From positions 13,635,458-13,699,457 of the forward strand of contig NC_069000.1 in assembly GCF_001194135.2 (NCBI RefSeq): DNA of 64,000 bases, read 5' to 3'. The DNA comes from Octopus bimaculoides (lineage: Eukaryota). Positions 63,406 through 64,000 of this stretch are shown piece by piece (position 1 is the first letter of the stretch; each line of letters opens with the position of its first letter). The notes beneath the pieces were generated by a model, which did no database searches, had not been told where the DNA came from, and worked only from the letters and a program-made list of their open reading frames with translations. The translations under genes were made by a program, and so were the position numbers.

Positions 63406-64000
63406 TGCTGAGTAAGAGTGAGAGGTCAGATCTGGCTGGTTTTAACATAAATTAATTAATTCTGTTTAGTTTTTGTACCATAGAGAACACATACTAGATT
63501 TACTTATCTCTATCAAAGCATCATCGGATCTCCAATGTCAACAAGAATCATTCCCAGTGTAATGCTTGACTGCATAATTCAATAAATCAATACGATTCAT
63601 GTCCACAATATTTATTGTTTATGATCATCGTTATATAAGATATGTTTTCTGTAATTCAGTAATTGAGGTAATATCTATATTATTCAACAGGTAGAATATT
63701 TTGGCCAGATATGGCCAGTTTAAATGCTAAAGGTTTAAGATGGTAGAAGTGATCTGAGGGAGATTTGTTTAGCAGGCTGAATGAATATGGTTCATGGCTA
63801 TTTTGATGGCTACTGTGACTACATTAGAGGCTTTCTCATGAATTTACACACAGGCTAAATTTTTCCCATAAGCATCATCTAACAGAACTTCAAGATAAGC
63901 AGTAACATCAATCATACTGCCTATTCTATAAACCCAACATTACAGCAAAATCAAATATATTTTGTATATGTTTTGAACACATGAATGCATGTATGTGAGT

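Overview
AT-rich, microsatellite-dense, gapped animal genomic DNA. The repeat families look like those of Octopus/coleoid cephalopods, but that is inferred from recognition, not from a search. Two spliced genes converge tail to tail. (1) A plus-strand cytochrome b5-family gene has clear coding exons at 11091-11249, 16047-16175 and 16767-16793 and probable 5' exons ending at 7194 and 9507. As modelled it gives a ~105 aa protein with no membrane anchor. (2) A minus-strand metallophosphoesterase 1 (MPPE1/PGAP5) gene has seven phase-consistent exons from 53248 down to the stop at 26094 (302 aa visible). Its 5' exons were not found in the window. A decayed ZIP13/ZIP7-type zinc transporter fragment lies inside a cytochrome b5 intron. 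The rest is mostly transposon-derived: tRNA-type SINEs, an RTE-tailed repeat family, RTE and Penelope remnants, and mariner, Tigger, hAT and piggyBac-like elements. I found no rRNA, tRNA gene or CRISPR array, and no convincing new biological system. The best leads are possible soluble versus anchored cytochrome b5 isoforms, the nested ZIP fragment with cryptic splice sites, and an unannotated divergent first exon near 5.4-5.9 kb. All are hypotheses needing RNA-seq or database checks.
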